From assembly GCA_040954595.2 (NCBI GenBank), contig CM082580.2, positions 14,398,389 to 14,462,388 on the forward strand: DNA of 64,000 bases, read 5' to 3'. The DNA is from Balanoglossus misakiensis (Eukaryota; Animalia; Hemichordata). Positions 26,454-41,259 of this stretch are shown one piece after another (within the stretch, counting starts at the first letter, position 1; each line of letters starts with the position of its first letter). The position numbers and the translations under genes were made by a program. Below the pieces are notes generated by a model, which was not told where the DNA came from, did not search any database, and saw only the letters and a program-made list of their open reading frames with translations.

Positions 26454-29400
26454 CCACCACCACCACCACCATCATCTCCTCCTCCTCCTCCTCCTCCTCC
26501 TCATCATCATCATCATCATCACAACCACCACAACCACCACCATCATCATCTTCTCCTCCTCCTCCTCCTCCTCCTCCTCCTCATCATCATCATCATCATC
26601 ATCACAACCACCACAACCACCACCATCATCATCTTCTCCTCCTCCTCCTCCTCCTCCTCCTCATCATCATCATCATCATCATCACAACCACCACAACCAC
26701 CACCATCATCATCTTCTCCTCCTCCTCCTCCTCCTCCTCATCATCATCATCATCACAACCACCACCACCACCATCATCATCTTCTCCTCCTCCTCCTCCT
26801 CCTCATCATCATCATCATCATTAATTAGTCATCATCAAATCAGCATCATCATAAATCTCAATAGACTGCATGTCTGATTAAAAAAGTTTTAAAATGAGCA
26901 GAATGAAATGAATTTATGATACAAGGTATTTCAGATCACAGTAGTTATGAAAATGTCAAAAGTAAACCCATTTTATTTCAGGACACATTAAGGCTAAGAA
27001 GTCAATAAGAAAGTACAGTAGTGATGATATCTGTGATCTAGCAAAGGTAATGTGGATTAATTTGAATGATTTCACATTTTCACAGAATGGTGTATATAGC
27101 AATTGTGTAAAAGAAACATCAATCAATTCTTTTGGCAATTTTTGTGTATGTGCTAATTCATGACATTAGGAATTGGTCGATGATTGAGAACCTTCATTAC
27201 AAAAAAGGACTTCACTTTGAAATAAGCCATAAATGATACTTATCAATATGTTTTAACTGAGCTTTGTTTTAAAACATTTCAGACAGCCTATCAACCCAAG
27301 AATACTGAATTAGTCATGAAAATGGTTGATACATATCAACTTGATGTCAATTGTGCACTTCCTGTGACTGGAATGACTTTGTTTTTGGTAAGGCAATATT
27401 ATTACTTCTGTTCAATATTTAAATAATAACACGTTGGCGAGGGCAACATCAATTTGAAGTCTGCACGAGGAATGGTGGTCTCTGACCATAACATTGATGA
27501 TGCCCAAGTCTGCACGAGGAATGGTGGTCTCTGACCATAACATTGATGATGCCCAAACCAAAGGCGTCAGAAAGGTGTCACATTGTAAATTACTGACAGA
27601 GTGTCTTGTGGAAGAGAAAAACATGTGAATAATAAATCTTGTTGATCTTCATATAGTGTGCGTGTGTAAGTGGACAGAAGAGACTGGTCAGCTTCATGTT
27701 GGACAAAGGTAAGACTTGTGATGTTTAATTTCATCAGCAGACTTTAACTTTCAGAACATGTCTAAATTACATTCTATTATGATTTTTTAAAAATGTTGTT
27801 GGTTTGTAGGCGCTGACGTTGGCAGCAAAACTGTGGAAGGTGACTCACCTTTGTATCTGGCAACATTTGCCATCTCCAACTCAGTCAGGATGGATATCAC
27901 CTTAGTTGAATTACTCATTAAAGCAGGTAAGAGAGGTGGGGGAGGGGGAGGGGTTGAGACAGGCTGGACCAGGGGACAGAGACAGACAGAGAGGTATACA
28001 GGTAGAAGATATTACATTTCGTGTTAGCTGAGAAATATTGTTTCATTGGATTTTTGTTGGGTCAATATCTTGTTTCTTCCCGCATTTTCACATGTGATTT
28101 TCTGCCCAGTGGCAAATGTAATCTCATACTAAAATGGTAGTCATTCAATCACTCAGTAACATGTATTAAAAGCCATTTCATGCTAGGTCAGTTTACTATA
28201 TAAACTGTTCACAGCAAATACCACAAATTCCCTGGTTTCAGATAGTCAGTCTAGTAGAGCAAAGGGTGGTTAGAATCAGAATATCCCTTGCCAATAATGC
28301 ATGGATATCAATATATCTCATTGATGTCAGCATATAGATACTCAACAACAAAACTACATTATTTTCCCCTCAAATGCTCTTCATTCATGCACATATACTG
28401 GAGTATGTGACTGAAGCGAAATTTAATGACAGGTTTACCCTCAAGAGGGCGCCCCACACCATCCCCTCTGTGGAGGTCCAACTTTACCAGAGAAAACAAT
28501 AAAATTGGGTTTAATTGTAATAATGAACTTGGATTAATGCACCTTGTATCTACACTCTGCCATGTCAAGAAGGCAGATAGTATCTTTACTATTGACATTA
28601 CTTTTAAGTTCAAGACTTTTTCATCTGAACACAGCTGAGAGATTAGTTGTATCGTATAGACACACTTTTCACACATGAAATGCTGACAGACCCATGCAGT
28701 CCTAAACAACATGCAACTGTATACACATGCATACCTGTCTCTAACAAAGCAAAGGGGATCAGATGGGTTCTTAGTCATGCACTTTTATTTACAAAGCGTA
28801 CAAAGTGTATTTCTGGTACAAAGTGTTTTTTGAGAGTACTATGGGCCTGCTTCTCAGCCATTCTAGACTGCCTTGTATTGTGATCACCTTTGTTGGTACA
28901 TTCATAGTTTGCAACTGTATCACAAAGCAATCACTGCTCAGGTTCCTTATGGTAGTTCTAATTTGACTTAGTTTCAAAGAGTCAGGAAACGGGTGAGGTA
29001 TATTACCTATCGTCAGGTTACATCGAGACAGAACAAAATGAAAAGTGAACTTGGAAAGATGTTTGACTCAAGCCACAATAAACTCTGACGTGCACAAGAA
29101 TCTGTTGTACACTGCTTCACTGTGTGTTCTTTGGTTTAGTGTTCTAGCATGCACAGCCATTACAGTCTCTGGGCACACTTGTTGTTTTAGAGAATAACAA
29201 AGACACCTGTGTTGCGAGAGTAAACAAAATTCCCTGTGTTTCACTCAGACTGTGCACGTTGCCAAAAGAGATCACTGTGCATCCCGATAAACCACCAGTG
29301 TTTACCAAGCACAGGAATTGTCACAAAATCTCTCAACAAATAAAGCAAAATCAGACAGGATCTCATTCCTGTGAAAGTTGCACTGGTTTGTTTAACCAAC

Positions 29401-31907
29401 ACTGGCAACAGAAAAGTGATTCTGCGTGCAGTCGTTGGTTTATTTTGTTTGGTGAAATGTAATAAAAGTAACGAGATATGCATTTATGTGAATTCAGGCG
29501 AAACACAATCCGTCACTAATTTTTCAGACAAAGTTCGCTTTCCTGCCATGCTTCCATGGTTGGTTTGAATTTCAATTCCCGTAGAAAAAAACTGCCAGGG
29601 ATTCTAATTTCAGACCTCACACACAACATCCACACAATCTTCATTGTCCACTAAGCTGGCAAATATTTAGGGAAAACTTAATTCCATATAGTCTAGCTTT
29701 GTTTTTGTTTACAAGTGGCACAGGTGCTCAAGTTACCTGTGGTGGCATCACTCTTATTACACTTCAAACAGGATGCACGGGTCGTGAAGTTATCGGCATT
29801 TCGTTTCCTATACCCAACTGCGTCACTGCGTCTTGCGTAGACTGATCAATCAGTAGCAACAAAATGCTACAAAGTAGCGACAAAGTGCCAGACAATGTAG
29901 TGGCAGTGGATTTGTTTTGAAAAGCACAATGTATTTTAAACTGGAATTCTTTGCTGGGACAGAATTACAGTGTACAACAGGCAATGACTGATCCAATTTT
30001 TCTGACTCATGCAATGATGAAATTTGCTGAATTCAGTGAAATACTAAGATCAAACATTGATATGACGAGACAGAGTGAATGAATTGAAATTAGTGTATAA
30101 AGCAATTTAATATTATAACCGAGGGGTCGAAACATCTTTAGTTCTTCTAAAAGTATGCCTGTTCCTTGTCTGTTGTAATTCAAACCTTTAGACTGACTTC
30201 ACTTTTACAGTAATCTTTGACAAGTTCACCATTGCATCATTGCTTGAAAGACAAGTTACCTTGCAAATATTAAAAATATGAAAATGTAACAACCACTGAA
30301 GCTTTCGTTATTTGTTCATATTTCAAGGTTGTAATGTGAATGCACAGAATAGAATGGGTAACACTGCTTTACATCAAGCAGCAATGAAGGGAAACCCTGT
30401 TCTTATAAGAACACTCCTGCAGTATGGTAAGTTGACAAAAGCCTTTTTGCAAATATTCTCTTGTTTCTCATTTGCTCTTTGCAAGATACAAGATGATTTG
30501 TACAACAGTTTTCCAATTCCTATTCAGTCTACATTTTCTACTAAAGACACACTTTCTTTTGGGGATGGGAATTCCAATTTTCTAAACAAGCACCAAGCTG
30601 TGACTTTGTTCACAGAAAAAATATAGTTCCGACAGGCGACAGACCTTTTGCATGAGTATCGCAAGATACACCTGTAAATTGAATAAGAGCTACTCTGAAA
30701 CAGATGTGCATATATATAGCACATGTAAATATTTGTTGTCTACTAGGTTATGGCCTTCATAAAGTGGTACTGTTCAAACTAGCAGACACTTCTACTTTCC
30801 ATATACAAATCCCATGGCCACCTGAACAAAAAACACTTGGAAGCTTGAATTCCTCTGAATTCCCAGGCATTCTGAAAATCCATTGACGTGTTGTTAACAT
30901 CCTTTCCAGGGGCTGATCCTTGCATTGAGAACAACCAACACATCTATCCCATTGACTGTGCCATCAATTCAGGTGAGGCAGAGTTCCCAGCTAAATGATA
31001 AGTGGCATTGCTTATGTATACTTTAGAACAAAATAATCCATAAGTATTTCTAAGTCATTGCTTTAAAACAGATTCTTTCTCTTCAAGTACAGAAAAGAAA
31101 CACCAGACTATATCAGTAAAAGAGTTAAAAAAAAAAATCAGGCCAATTTATCGACAGCAGAAATCCATTTCGTGGAAAGACAAGTGCTGTGAGGATCATG
31201 TATTTGTAACTTTCAAGTCACATATACTCGTCACACACATCCTTTAAGTACAGAACTTTCATACGCTTTAATTTTATGAGCATGTATTCATGCAGTCTCC
31301 AAGGGTTGTCTAAGTTTTAATCTATTAGCTGTTAGTACAAATGTACACACATAATAGGGCAATGTCAGGTACTTGTGTGTAGCCTAGAGTTCTCATACAG
31401 ATTTGCATTCATATGTCTTGAAAAGACACTATCAATCCACAAGGACAGGCCTTTTATATGAAAGTGCATAGTAGAGTGAATTTCCACTACTTTATCCCTG
31501 ATGGGACCACGTACAGCTCATTGTTTGCAGGTAATGAAGGGGAACCGTTTCCTTCAGTAGCAAAGGGGTTCCACCCAATTTCAATGTGGGAAAATTGTAT
31601 GGCTAGGGGTTTTCTGGTGAGCCCTAAATTCATTGTGGAAGAGATGTTGCCCAAATTATGAAAGCCAGCGTGTGTACAAAATGTATGTGTGAATACCTGT
31701 GCAGAAGTAACTGTGTTAAATGGTCTTCTCTTTGCAGGACATGTGAGGGCGGCTGAGTTACTGGAAATCAAATTCTGTAACCAGAATGTGTGGGACATAA
31801 TGGAGCCATACACCCCACCAAGAATTGCACTGGGTCTGCAGAGTGCCTCCAAACATCACTTGGTGGAGTCGACCATTCGGCGCAAAACTATGCCATTTAC
31901 TCATTAA
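25725..31907 (+). CDS. Ankyrin-repeat protein with N-proximal transmembrane helix, 9 coding exons, 316 aa
   Basis: Exons 25725-25881, 26208-26330, 26982-27046, 27283-27387, 27657-27708, 27810-27926, 30328-30426, 30910-30972 and 31738-31907 join in frame (951 nt, all GT-AG). ANK motifs GMTLFLCACVSG..KGADV, GDSPLYLA..AGCNVN and GNTALHQAAMKG..YGADP; hydrophobic VIYSCSLLLTLLILCHLLCHWM. Confidence 0.88.
26388..26850. repeat. Compound (CAT)n/(CAC)n/(CCT)n microsatellite in an ankyrin-gene intron
   Basis: Triplet runs read directly; the ACAACCACCAC block recurs at about 26521, 26604, 26684 and 26755. Confidence 0.97.
27457..27556. repeat. 49-bp direct tandem duplication, intronic
   Basis: AAGTCTGCACGAGGAATGGTGGTCTCTGACCATAACATTGATGATGCCC at 27457 and 27506. 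Confidence 0.95.
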
Positions 31908-34900
31908 AGTTCAGTCAGATACACAGGGAGACAACAAATCAAACAAATCAAAGTATTTCAGTACGCAGAACAATATAAGTAAATTCTTACATAATTAATT
32001 GAACAATAGTAATAGATAATGACTTTTGCTCCCTTGATTTAATTAGAGTCAGATACTCAGGTTGTATATCAACAATTTTAATGCTTTTAATTATTTTTGT
32101 TAATTATGTTCATAATTATATTTTATGTAAATATCGTTATAGTATTTACCATATAGACACATGTATACAAAGGTTAGATTTTATGTTTCCTTTGTGATAG
32201 ATGACATTTTCAAGACAAAAGTTGTGCCACATGACAGTTTTTATTAACAGGTGTCATTGCATTCATGAGTTCAGTTTCTAACACAAGTTCTTGTACACTT
32301 TAAAACTTTGAGATTGTCCAGTTTCCATTTTACCGAAAAAAAAGTTGAAATTTTTAACACTTGAATTTTCTTAGTTACTTAGTCATACATCAGAAATCAT
32401 TTGTTAATGAGATATTTGAGTACATAAACATTTTAAGGATTGCAAAAAGTTTTGTCATTCCTGTTTGTACAGCCTGGTGTTACCAATTTTGAATTAAATA
32501 ATTTAACACAGTCTACCCTTTCAGTTATATGTTTTTTTTCTATCCGTTATAGAAACACTTCAAATTCTTGTTACAATCCATACTTTGTACGAACAGTCAT
32601 GGGATGTTGCCTTTTGTAAACTTTTCTGTAATTGAAAATTCATGATAAAGGGACGAAGCTGACTTTTGACGTATGTGCAATGTTCTGGAAATGTAGCGGA
32701 AGTACACAAGACATATTTTCATGGAGATCTGTGAAAATTGGCTGGTGAAATGTTGGTGTCTGAAAGTACCCCTCTTTACAATCATTTTTTGAGAAGTTAC
32801 TCCAGTTAACATCTTGAGTTTAGATATCATGGTTGTTAGTGTTATAACTGGTCATGAAGTTAATTTGATGTTTGTCAAGGTACTTCATCCAATTGGCAGC
32901 CAGCAAAACTCTATCCTTACGCAGGTGAGGATATTTGTGTAAAACTGATAAACAACCTGTTTTTCTCTGAAGGTACCTGTGTTTTTACATAACAAACACC
33001 TGTAGTTAGAGAAGCAAGGTGAAATTGATGGAAGAGGACCTTGGTATATTCAGCTGGCCTACATAAACTGACACCACACTTTGGGTCACTGTGCAAAACA
33101 GAAACTGATGATATATAATACAAGGTCTGTGTTTAGCTTGACCAAAAAAAGGTGTCCCCTTCTTGTGGTTGTGCCAAACTTTTTGAATCCATTGAAAGCA
33201 TGTGGTTGTTGGTAAAAAAATTAAAGAAACTTTTCAGAGTTTATTTTGGCAGGTATACTTCTAAAAATTTAAAAATATACCCCAGGGAAAAGGGGACGTA
33301 TGGTGTAACAGGTTGGTTTTTGTGTTTGACTTGGATTGGGTGTGAAATCTCGCCTGTGAAAAGACAGACAGTGGCACGGCTGCCAGGTAACTGGACGATG
33401 TGTTTTGACAACACACTCTTCAAAGGTGCAGTTTTGAAAACAGAGTAGACGTGTTGAATATCCATAACCTATAGTACGACAAAGTGGAAAGTGTTTCTAC
33501 CTATGAGCATTCAAGTGAGGAAGCCGCCAAGTGTATCAAAGAACGAACTCTTTCTCTTATTTCAATTACCTTGTTTCGTCTCTGACTTTTAATGGAAAAC
33601 GCGTGATTTAAGCTGCAAAGTTACATGAAATTCTAGAGTTTCCTTTGCTCCCAGAGAAAGATGGGTGAATAGTGCGGGCGAAAAATTGGGAAATTCCAAA
33701 GTGTGATGCCGAGTTGTGCAGATTGAAGTTGCCTATTCGTGAGTCTGAAATTACTTAACTGAACGATTTTGATAAACCAATGAAAATGGCCAATATTTCA
33801 AATTATGCACTTGGTGACTACCAGAAGTGAATTTCAGAGTGACCAGAAAGTTGCACGGAGAAAATTCGCGCACTTTAATTTCCTTCAGCATTGCACTGGA
33901 TCGGCCTACACCTGACTTAAAATGGGAGGTGGATTTGCTTTGACGTCCAAAAATGTCAGTATTTGCATGAAAATTGCGATTTCATTGGGGTGATAAAGGA
34001 TGCAGAGTGTGGGAAAAACGAGCAGTGAAAAGCTGAAAGGCCACGCCACCAATTCAAAAAACACCCCGACTTGTTTGAAAAAGAGGTCTCACGGTGCACC
34101 CCGGAGAACAGTTGAAATGTTTTTCTTCACTTGTCCCGCTTTCTCTTGCATGTTTAATGGGGCGGAACGTCACGATCAGTGGGGGTAGCGTCAGAGATAC
34201 TTTACTACTAGTGTCGTCGTTTTCGAAAAGAGGCACCGATTTCATCTTTTTTCTCCGTCGAACTCAGAAGCTCGTAAAAATGATGAGTTTTGCCGCGAGA
34301 TTGTGATTTACAGTAAGTTTTGCATGCTGCGGATCGTGTCGCCCTACATCAGTGAACGACGTCCTTCGAAACATTATACACAGCGCCAGCTATTTGCATC
34401 GAAGTGCTGCCCTGGTTACACCGCGTATCATAGCAGCAATCTCCACGGGCCCGACGTGCACGCACGTACGATCGATTCAACGGGTGACTACGACGCGTAG
34501 TATCGGTGAAACCAGCAGCAACGCCAGTGACAGCTAAACTGAATGATGTTCACGTAGTCTGAGCGTTGTCCACCTGTTTTCAAATTGAAAGTTTCCTCTG
34601 ATTTCGCGCACAGATCGCTTCATAACTTCGTCTCTTCACACATCAGCCAGCCAGCCGTGCCCTCAGATGAACTTGCCCGAATCTATAAATCTCAAGTGGC
34701 GCGGATCCAGTCGTGTGTGGGCATGACGAGACCAATCAATTTGGGAGGAGTCTCAAAAGTGCCGCGCAAAGAAACCAGCCACAACATCAAAGAATACTAC
34801 ATTTACATCGGCCTTCCTTATTTATTCATGATTGACATATTCGCCAAAGTTTTAGATAACTAGTATTAACAAAATCTTGTGATTGCTGAGCCGTGGGAGT

Positions 34901-35220
34901 ATAACGCCAGTCGTCCGTTAAGCAAACTTAGAGAACCACTACAAGTAGTCAGTTTTGCTTAAGGCGCACACACTGCACAGAGAGAGAGCAACGTTCACGG
35001 GACATCAACAGTTTTAACTACAGAAGAAATTTCTTTCGCATGCAGACAGTCGTTCCCATGGATGCGACCTGTATTCTCTGAAAGGAGCAAACAATTTTTC
35101 AGTGTCATCACGTCGTCCGCGTGAACTCCCAGGTTTGGCTCTACTGAAAGTTTTCTTTGGTGGTTAAGTTAAATTAATGCGATTTCGCCTCTCGGTGATG
35201 TCTTAAAAAACTTTGCACAC

Positions 35221-38200
35221 ATGGCAAATGTATGGACTTGCGTCTTCTTTGTGGTCTGCGTGATAGCAGTTCTTGCCACCGAGAAGATTCAGGCTGAGCC
35301 GACAACACCGAAGAGAAGTGAGATCCCCGAAAAATCGGCCACACGGAGAAGAGGCGACAACTCGGCCAATACAAGGGACCACTTTCAAGCCGGATTGGGC
35401 CTTCACCAGAACATTGCCAAGGAAAGCGAAAGCCCCTCTCTATCGTCATCAGAAGTGCTTTCCCGGGAAGGGGAAAGTTTTGACGGCAAACTACCGAGGC
35501 AGGACGGGGAGGCGTTTGATGGAATTTTGCGTGAATTTCAGAACTCTGACCAATCGGAAATACATCGTCATGAAGATGAAGAAGGTCTCCGTGGACAGAG
35601 GAATTTTATCTCATCGATCCAGCATAATGACAGAGGTAGGTAAAACTCAGCGTGAAGCTTTTAGCACAGGAAAGGAAAGAAAAATCTGTTGTTTTGGAAG
35701 ATTAAGAAAATCGGATTTGGGCCATTATTTTCTGCTAATTAGCACGTAACTGTACTTTCGATCACTTTTGCATTTTGGCCGAGAGTTCATTTTTTTAGTT
35801 TCCGATCATGTCTACATTTACGCAGCGACAGAAAAAGTGATGAAGTGACTACTAGAATATAAAGAACTTAGTCAGAATTTAGTTTTTAATACATTCATGT
35901 AAGATTAATCTAAAATTGGTGATATAGGATGTGTGCGTGTATACGTACGTGTACGTGTGTGTGCGCGTGTGTGGGCATTTTTTATAATTCATATAATTGC
36001 CAAATGTATACCTTTACTGCTAAATGCTACACCACTTGATGTATTTGTGACAATTCTGTTTTCTTAATGGGACAATGGCTGTAACTTGTTGATTATTTGA
36101 CTATTTTGGTCCGTGCAACAACCACGGCTTCTTGTTCTACTTGCTAAATGTTTAAATGCCTATTGTTCAGCTTGTCAATAAAGTATTTATATTTGTTTAA
36201 GTGCAGGTTTATTATTGACATTTGAATTTTGCTCTGGACTAAAATTCAGTTGTCAACAATAATGTTGCTGATTATTATAGGCTGTGATGATAAGCTGACC
36301 ACTTGGCATGTAAACATGTTGGGATTATAAATTACAAGAAGAAACTGTTGTGGATACACAGAATAAAAACAGAAAATATTGTCAAAACTTACAGCTACTG
36401 TCCTTGGATGACAACACAACAAACGGTGAAAGTGATAGTATCAATATTATTTTAAATAGTAACGGAGATGTGGCCTCATACAAAACATATCAACAGGGGT
36501 TTTTCTAATAGCAACTTGCCTACTTTATTCAAAAGGCAGTGTGACTGTGTAGAACAAAGCATGGCTGGTTGCTGAGAATGCATTTCACCTTTGCCAGCCC
36601 TGCCGGATCCCTAAGTCAGCCTCTAGGCCTCTGTGTATGTGTGCGTTCAACTACCATTGTGCTACTACAATGACACAATGTGTGAGGCACATTTGAATTT
36701 ACATATTGGGCAATGCACCTACCCACATGGGTGCCTGCCTGGTCACAAGTGCAAAACTGAAGTACATGGGAGACGCTTTCTCCTAGTGGTCTGGCAGTGC
36801 CTTTAATGCCAGTTAGGACAAAAGAAGTATGAACAACTGCACTTAGAAGTAGTTCTTGGCAAATTACAAAAAATCAGTGGTTTGTTTAAACTTCAATTGC
36901 ACGTGTTCTTTTATGCGTTGGTTTTTCTGACTCAATTCATTGTTGTCTCTCTGATTGCATTATTTCCAAAGTGGAGCTTTTGTATGATTGTCCACTGCTC
37001 GGCACTTTTACTGGGACCGAACTCTGCTGGCCCCTTATTCTCGTCTCTCCATATGCTCCGCTTCTGTTCAAACCAGCTGGTCTTTTTCTCATCATTGTCA
37101 ATATTTAAACATCTGAAGTCACAATTTTGTTAAGAAAAGAATCCCAATTAAGTTATAATTAAACAGTTGTCCATCTATGAAATCTTACTGTTGTGAGTAG
37201 AAAAAGATAATTTTAAGTATGCGCTAAAATATACTGCATTATCTTCATTGCAATCAAACAAACCTTGAAAAAATTGTCAAGTCAGCAATTTTTCATTCCC
37301 CATGGTTGAATATGTGAAAAGTTGTTTACTACAATCCTGCAGATAGTGACAATATTCTTTATCACCTCTAAGTCTAAATAAGAATGTGTTTTATTTAGGC
37401 AAGGAATTTTGCAAAGATTAAAGCTAGATATTAACAGCCAAAAATTTCTGAAATTTTGCTGCATGTGAAATTTCAGAGCTAGTTTCGGAATCTGTCCAGA
37501 CTACAGAGTAGTGATCTTAGAAAACTATACAGATTGTAACTGCTTGTGTTTAAAATCTTTTGACATGTGGTAATACATGAACCCATTTGGATGGTGGAGG
37601 ACTGTGGGAAGGAACAGATGCAGATCTGTAATACTGAACAGCTTGATATTCCCTTGAAGGCAAAACATGGAAAAATTGAACTCGAAACAGAATGTTGTCT
37701 AATTCTAAGTGGTGGCTGGCTCTAATGAGGCTCCGTACTACCATCTGGTGATGTAACTCAATCTTTGATTTGCATCATAAGATGTTTCTCAGAGTATACA
37801 CCGTTGTTCCCTCCCCGATACACAAATACAGACACAAAGAGATGTACAGACACACACTCTGCAGCCAATTGTACATTTTTCTTCTGTTTATAAGGCTACA
37901 ATCTTGCTGAGCATTGCTCCGTGTATATTTTCAGATTTACAGCATTTTTAATCATTTCTATACATGTACTTGGCTACAAAATATGTCATTATTCCCAAGG
38001 TGAAATTTAAAAGTTCTGATCTCTCTCGTGTAATGCATAAAATACATGTATATGCATTAGTGCCTTCAAAATATCTGGAAAAATGATTCTCACCACCTTG
38101 AAATTGAATAAAATGTTGGCCCCTCCCTTGTTAAGTTATCGGTTTTGTACCTTAGTCACAGCATCTGTGCTGGTAAAGGTTGCATTGGAGTTTAAGCACT

Positions 38201-41200
38201 TTGTAATCAAATGTACATGGAACTCACACATGCTGCATACCAACATCAATTGTAAGTATGCAGAAGGGAATGTAGAAATGTTAATTTATGGCGCAGGGTG
38301 TATATGGAAGCAGAAGACGTTTTGGCTCCAAAAGGGTCGTACCCTGAAGGAAAAAAAGTTGTCTGATTGCTTGAAATGTAGAATCTTGAGAGACAGACAA
38401 ACCCTAGCTTACAGTTATACTGGTAGTATTTATCTGGTTTACTTTGTCTTTGCTTTGCCAATCTGAAGTTTGAATATCAATTTAATCCATTCTCCCACCC
38501 ATTGTTGCACAACTTCAAACATTTCTCAGAAAAGTTCCTTCAAGTGCCACCAATTGCATGTTACCATTTGCTTTAAACTGCAAGATTTGTGAACATAAAT
38601 TTGTCAATACAGTTTTGTGATGCATGTCTTTCATCAATGTGTATTCACAGTTGCGGTCATCACCGGCCATGGAGCACTCAGTTGGCTGAGAAAGAAAGGA
38701 GAGATCCATCAGACACACATTCATGTTAGTTTATCATTGATGTACACTACTATCTCACATGCTGATGTTGGTGATGTGATTCTCGTACCAGTGCACCTGA
38801 ATTTTGGTGATGGTTCTGAACATCTGCAGTCGCTCCCACTGAAGGTAAGAGCTGCACAAAGGAATAAGACATTTTTACTTACAACAGGAACATATCACTG
38901 AACTCTGATAAACTTGCAATTCCTAAAATTCCCAGTCTTTTAATTCTCAGACACCCAGCAGTGACAGTTATTACAACTTCATGAATTTTTGATGATCTGA
39001 CGGGGAAGTGACTTAGTAATTAGAGAAATTAGTCCAATTAGATGATCGTAATTGTCAACTCTTTTCTGTCTAATTAAAGTGACAAATTGTCCTTTTTTCA
39101 CAGTGTGTAGCAATATCCCATAATTGCTATTGATAACTTTAAAAATTCAGTAGTCGCAGCATGAGGAAAGTTTGCCTCAGTTGCTTGATGGTCTGGCTTT
39201 TTGCTGTGTGTTTCACTGCATGGGTTTATATCAGAAACCATTGTTTGTGTTTTTATGACAGCATTGTCACATTCACCCAAGGCCTTTCACCCCAGCCATG
39301 TGCCAAACTGTAATATTAGATCCTCAAAACCTGAATTTTATGTGAGCCACCATATTTGTAAGTTTAGCTCAATCAATACACAATTGAAAAAATCGTGTTA
39401 TACTTTTGGACCTGAGACTCCCTGCAGGTCTAAAATGCTTGGGGTAAACTTGGTATGAATGTGTGAAACACTTAGAAATCTTTCAAGCTGGGTTTTAACG
39501 AATGTATTTTGGTTCTTTATATGTAGCAATTCATGCATCTAAGCCCATACATTATTTTAATCCCTACACATTTAATGACTCTTTCAAATTCATTAATGAC
39601 AATTTTAAAATTAGATTTTACTGCAACAGTTGATGGTGTCAGTGAACGTACTATTATAGGTAATACTGCTTGGAATGTAATTTGAAATGGCCATGCAATC
39701 AACATTGATTTAGAAAAGTACAGTCCATAAGACAAAGTTGAGAATTCCATGTTATATTGGGACATTGGTTTCAACACCAATTACCATGGTTGCAATAAAG
39801 AAACATGATCTGAAGTGTCGGTTCATTGGGGAACAACTTCAAATACCAAGCAGACATCAATGATGTCTCCATAAATCAAGACACAACAGTTGGCTATGCC
39901 AGAAATGGTTATGGTTTGACCGCACAACTTGCCAGATTGCATGAACACATATGGCATACACTGATGCAGTATCCGATGAAAAAATCCACCTGTCATTTGT
40001 ACCAGTGGTTTCTCCCTAATGCCTTTATGTGAGCTTTGTGGCTCGTTATAAAAATACCAACATAATTCAGTGTAATTTTATCAAATTGGAGATCAGCATC
40101 TGGGGCAGACAGCTGTAATGTGTCAATCAAAAAATAATTCTGTGAATTTCTTAATTAGATTTGCAGTTCGTTTTATCATTTTTGAGTTTCTTTGAGAATA
40201 AAATTGGCTTCTTATTAGAAATGAGATGGTTTTGTATCCCTTTATAACATGTAGTTCAATATAGCTTTTCTGTCACAGTTTAAATATCAAAACAAATAGT
40301 ACTAGTAAACATACAATTGGCTTTATGTTTCCCTTGTGGTGAACTCTCGAATAGCTGTGACCCACGTTACAGATATCTGCAGTGTTTACTGAGTTTCACT
40401 CTGTTTTAATGTTTCAAGTACGATCTTGTTACTCAAACCTGCGGGTGCAGCAATTTACACTTTTTAGAATGCGTTGCAATAACCTTGTTTTTTGTGTAAA
40501 CCAAAAATAGGCATAAGTTATCTTGTTTCAGATAGTGTGTTGTGAGAAAACTGACCTGGTAAATGCATCAAATATGTAAAATAAGCATCAAAACATTTTT
40601 TCTAAAATTTGTGTGCACCGCACAGTGTTTTAGTGTTAAAGAGTATCTAATGAGAAAAATATTTCCATATTTAAAGATCTTGTTTGGTGAAAATGAAATG
40701 TATTGTTGAAGTTCTTAGGCAGGTTTGCTTTTGTTGTGTCGTGCTGTATTTTGTCTCCAGACAAGAGAGTTCAGTCGTAGTGTGACATTCTGAAGATTGT
40801 TTTAGGAAATGCCTCACAGATTTGAAAACACCATACACGCGTGAGAGATTAAGAGGTATGGAAATTGACAACATCAGATATCAACTTTTCAAAAAGTTGA
40901 CTTGATATCTGTTTGCAGAAAAAGATAGTGAATTTCTGCTACATTTATTTCAGGTTGAAGGGATTTCAGCCAAAGAGAATTACATTTATCTCACTGGGGA
41001 AGCTGTTCATCAATACAAGTTTTTGAGTGCCAAGGATTCCTATGTGGTTTCATTGCAAGTGTGCTGTAGAGATTCCTCTGTGAATGGTGGCACTGGAGAA
41101 GCAAGGTATGTAATCCTCACCCCTCACACACAAACACCTCGCCCTCACCTAGACTAAAATCAACCAGCACAGAATCTGTAATATTACACACCCACAATTC

Positions 41201-41222
41201 CAGTGGTTGTAATTTTGAGTTC

Positions 41223-41259
<37 letters not shown>

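Noticed and set aside
26341-26877. 178-aa poly-His/Leu/Ser/Pro ORF
   Set aside because: Translation of an intronic triplet microsatellite starting just after a splice donor.
27543-27596. Possible intronic C/D snoRNA (TGATGA...CTGA)
   Set aside because: Too short, box C lacks the leading purine, no terminal stem, and the motif belongs to a local 49-bp duplication.
32500-35200. Short ORFs of 60-100 aa upstream of the giant gene
   Set aside because: No recognisable motifs or consistent exon chain; probably intergenic DNA and a CpG-rich promoter region.
36281-36510. Possible extra exon of the giant gene
   Set aside because: All three frames after the AG at 36280 hit stops, and exon 1 joins 38651 in phase without it.
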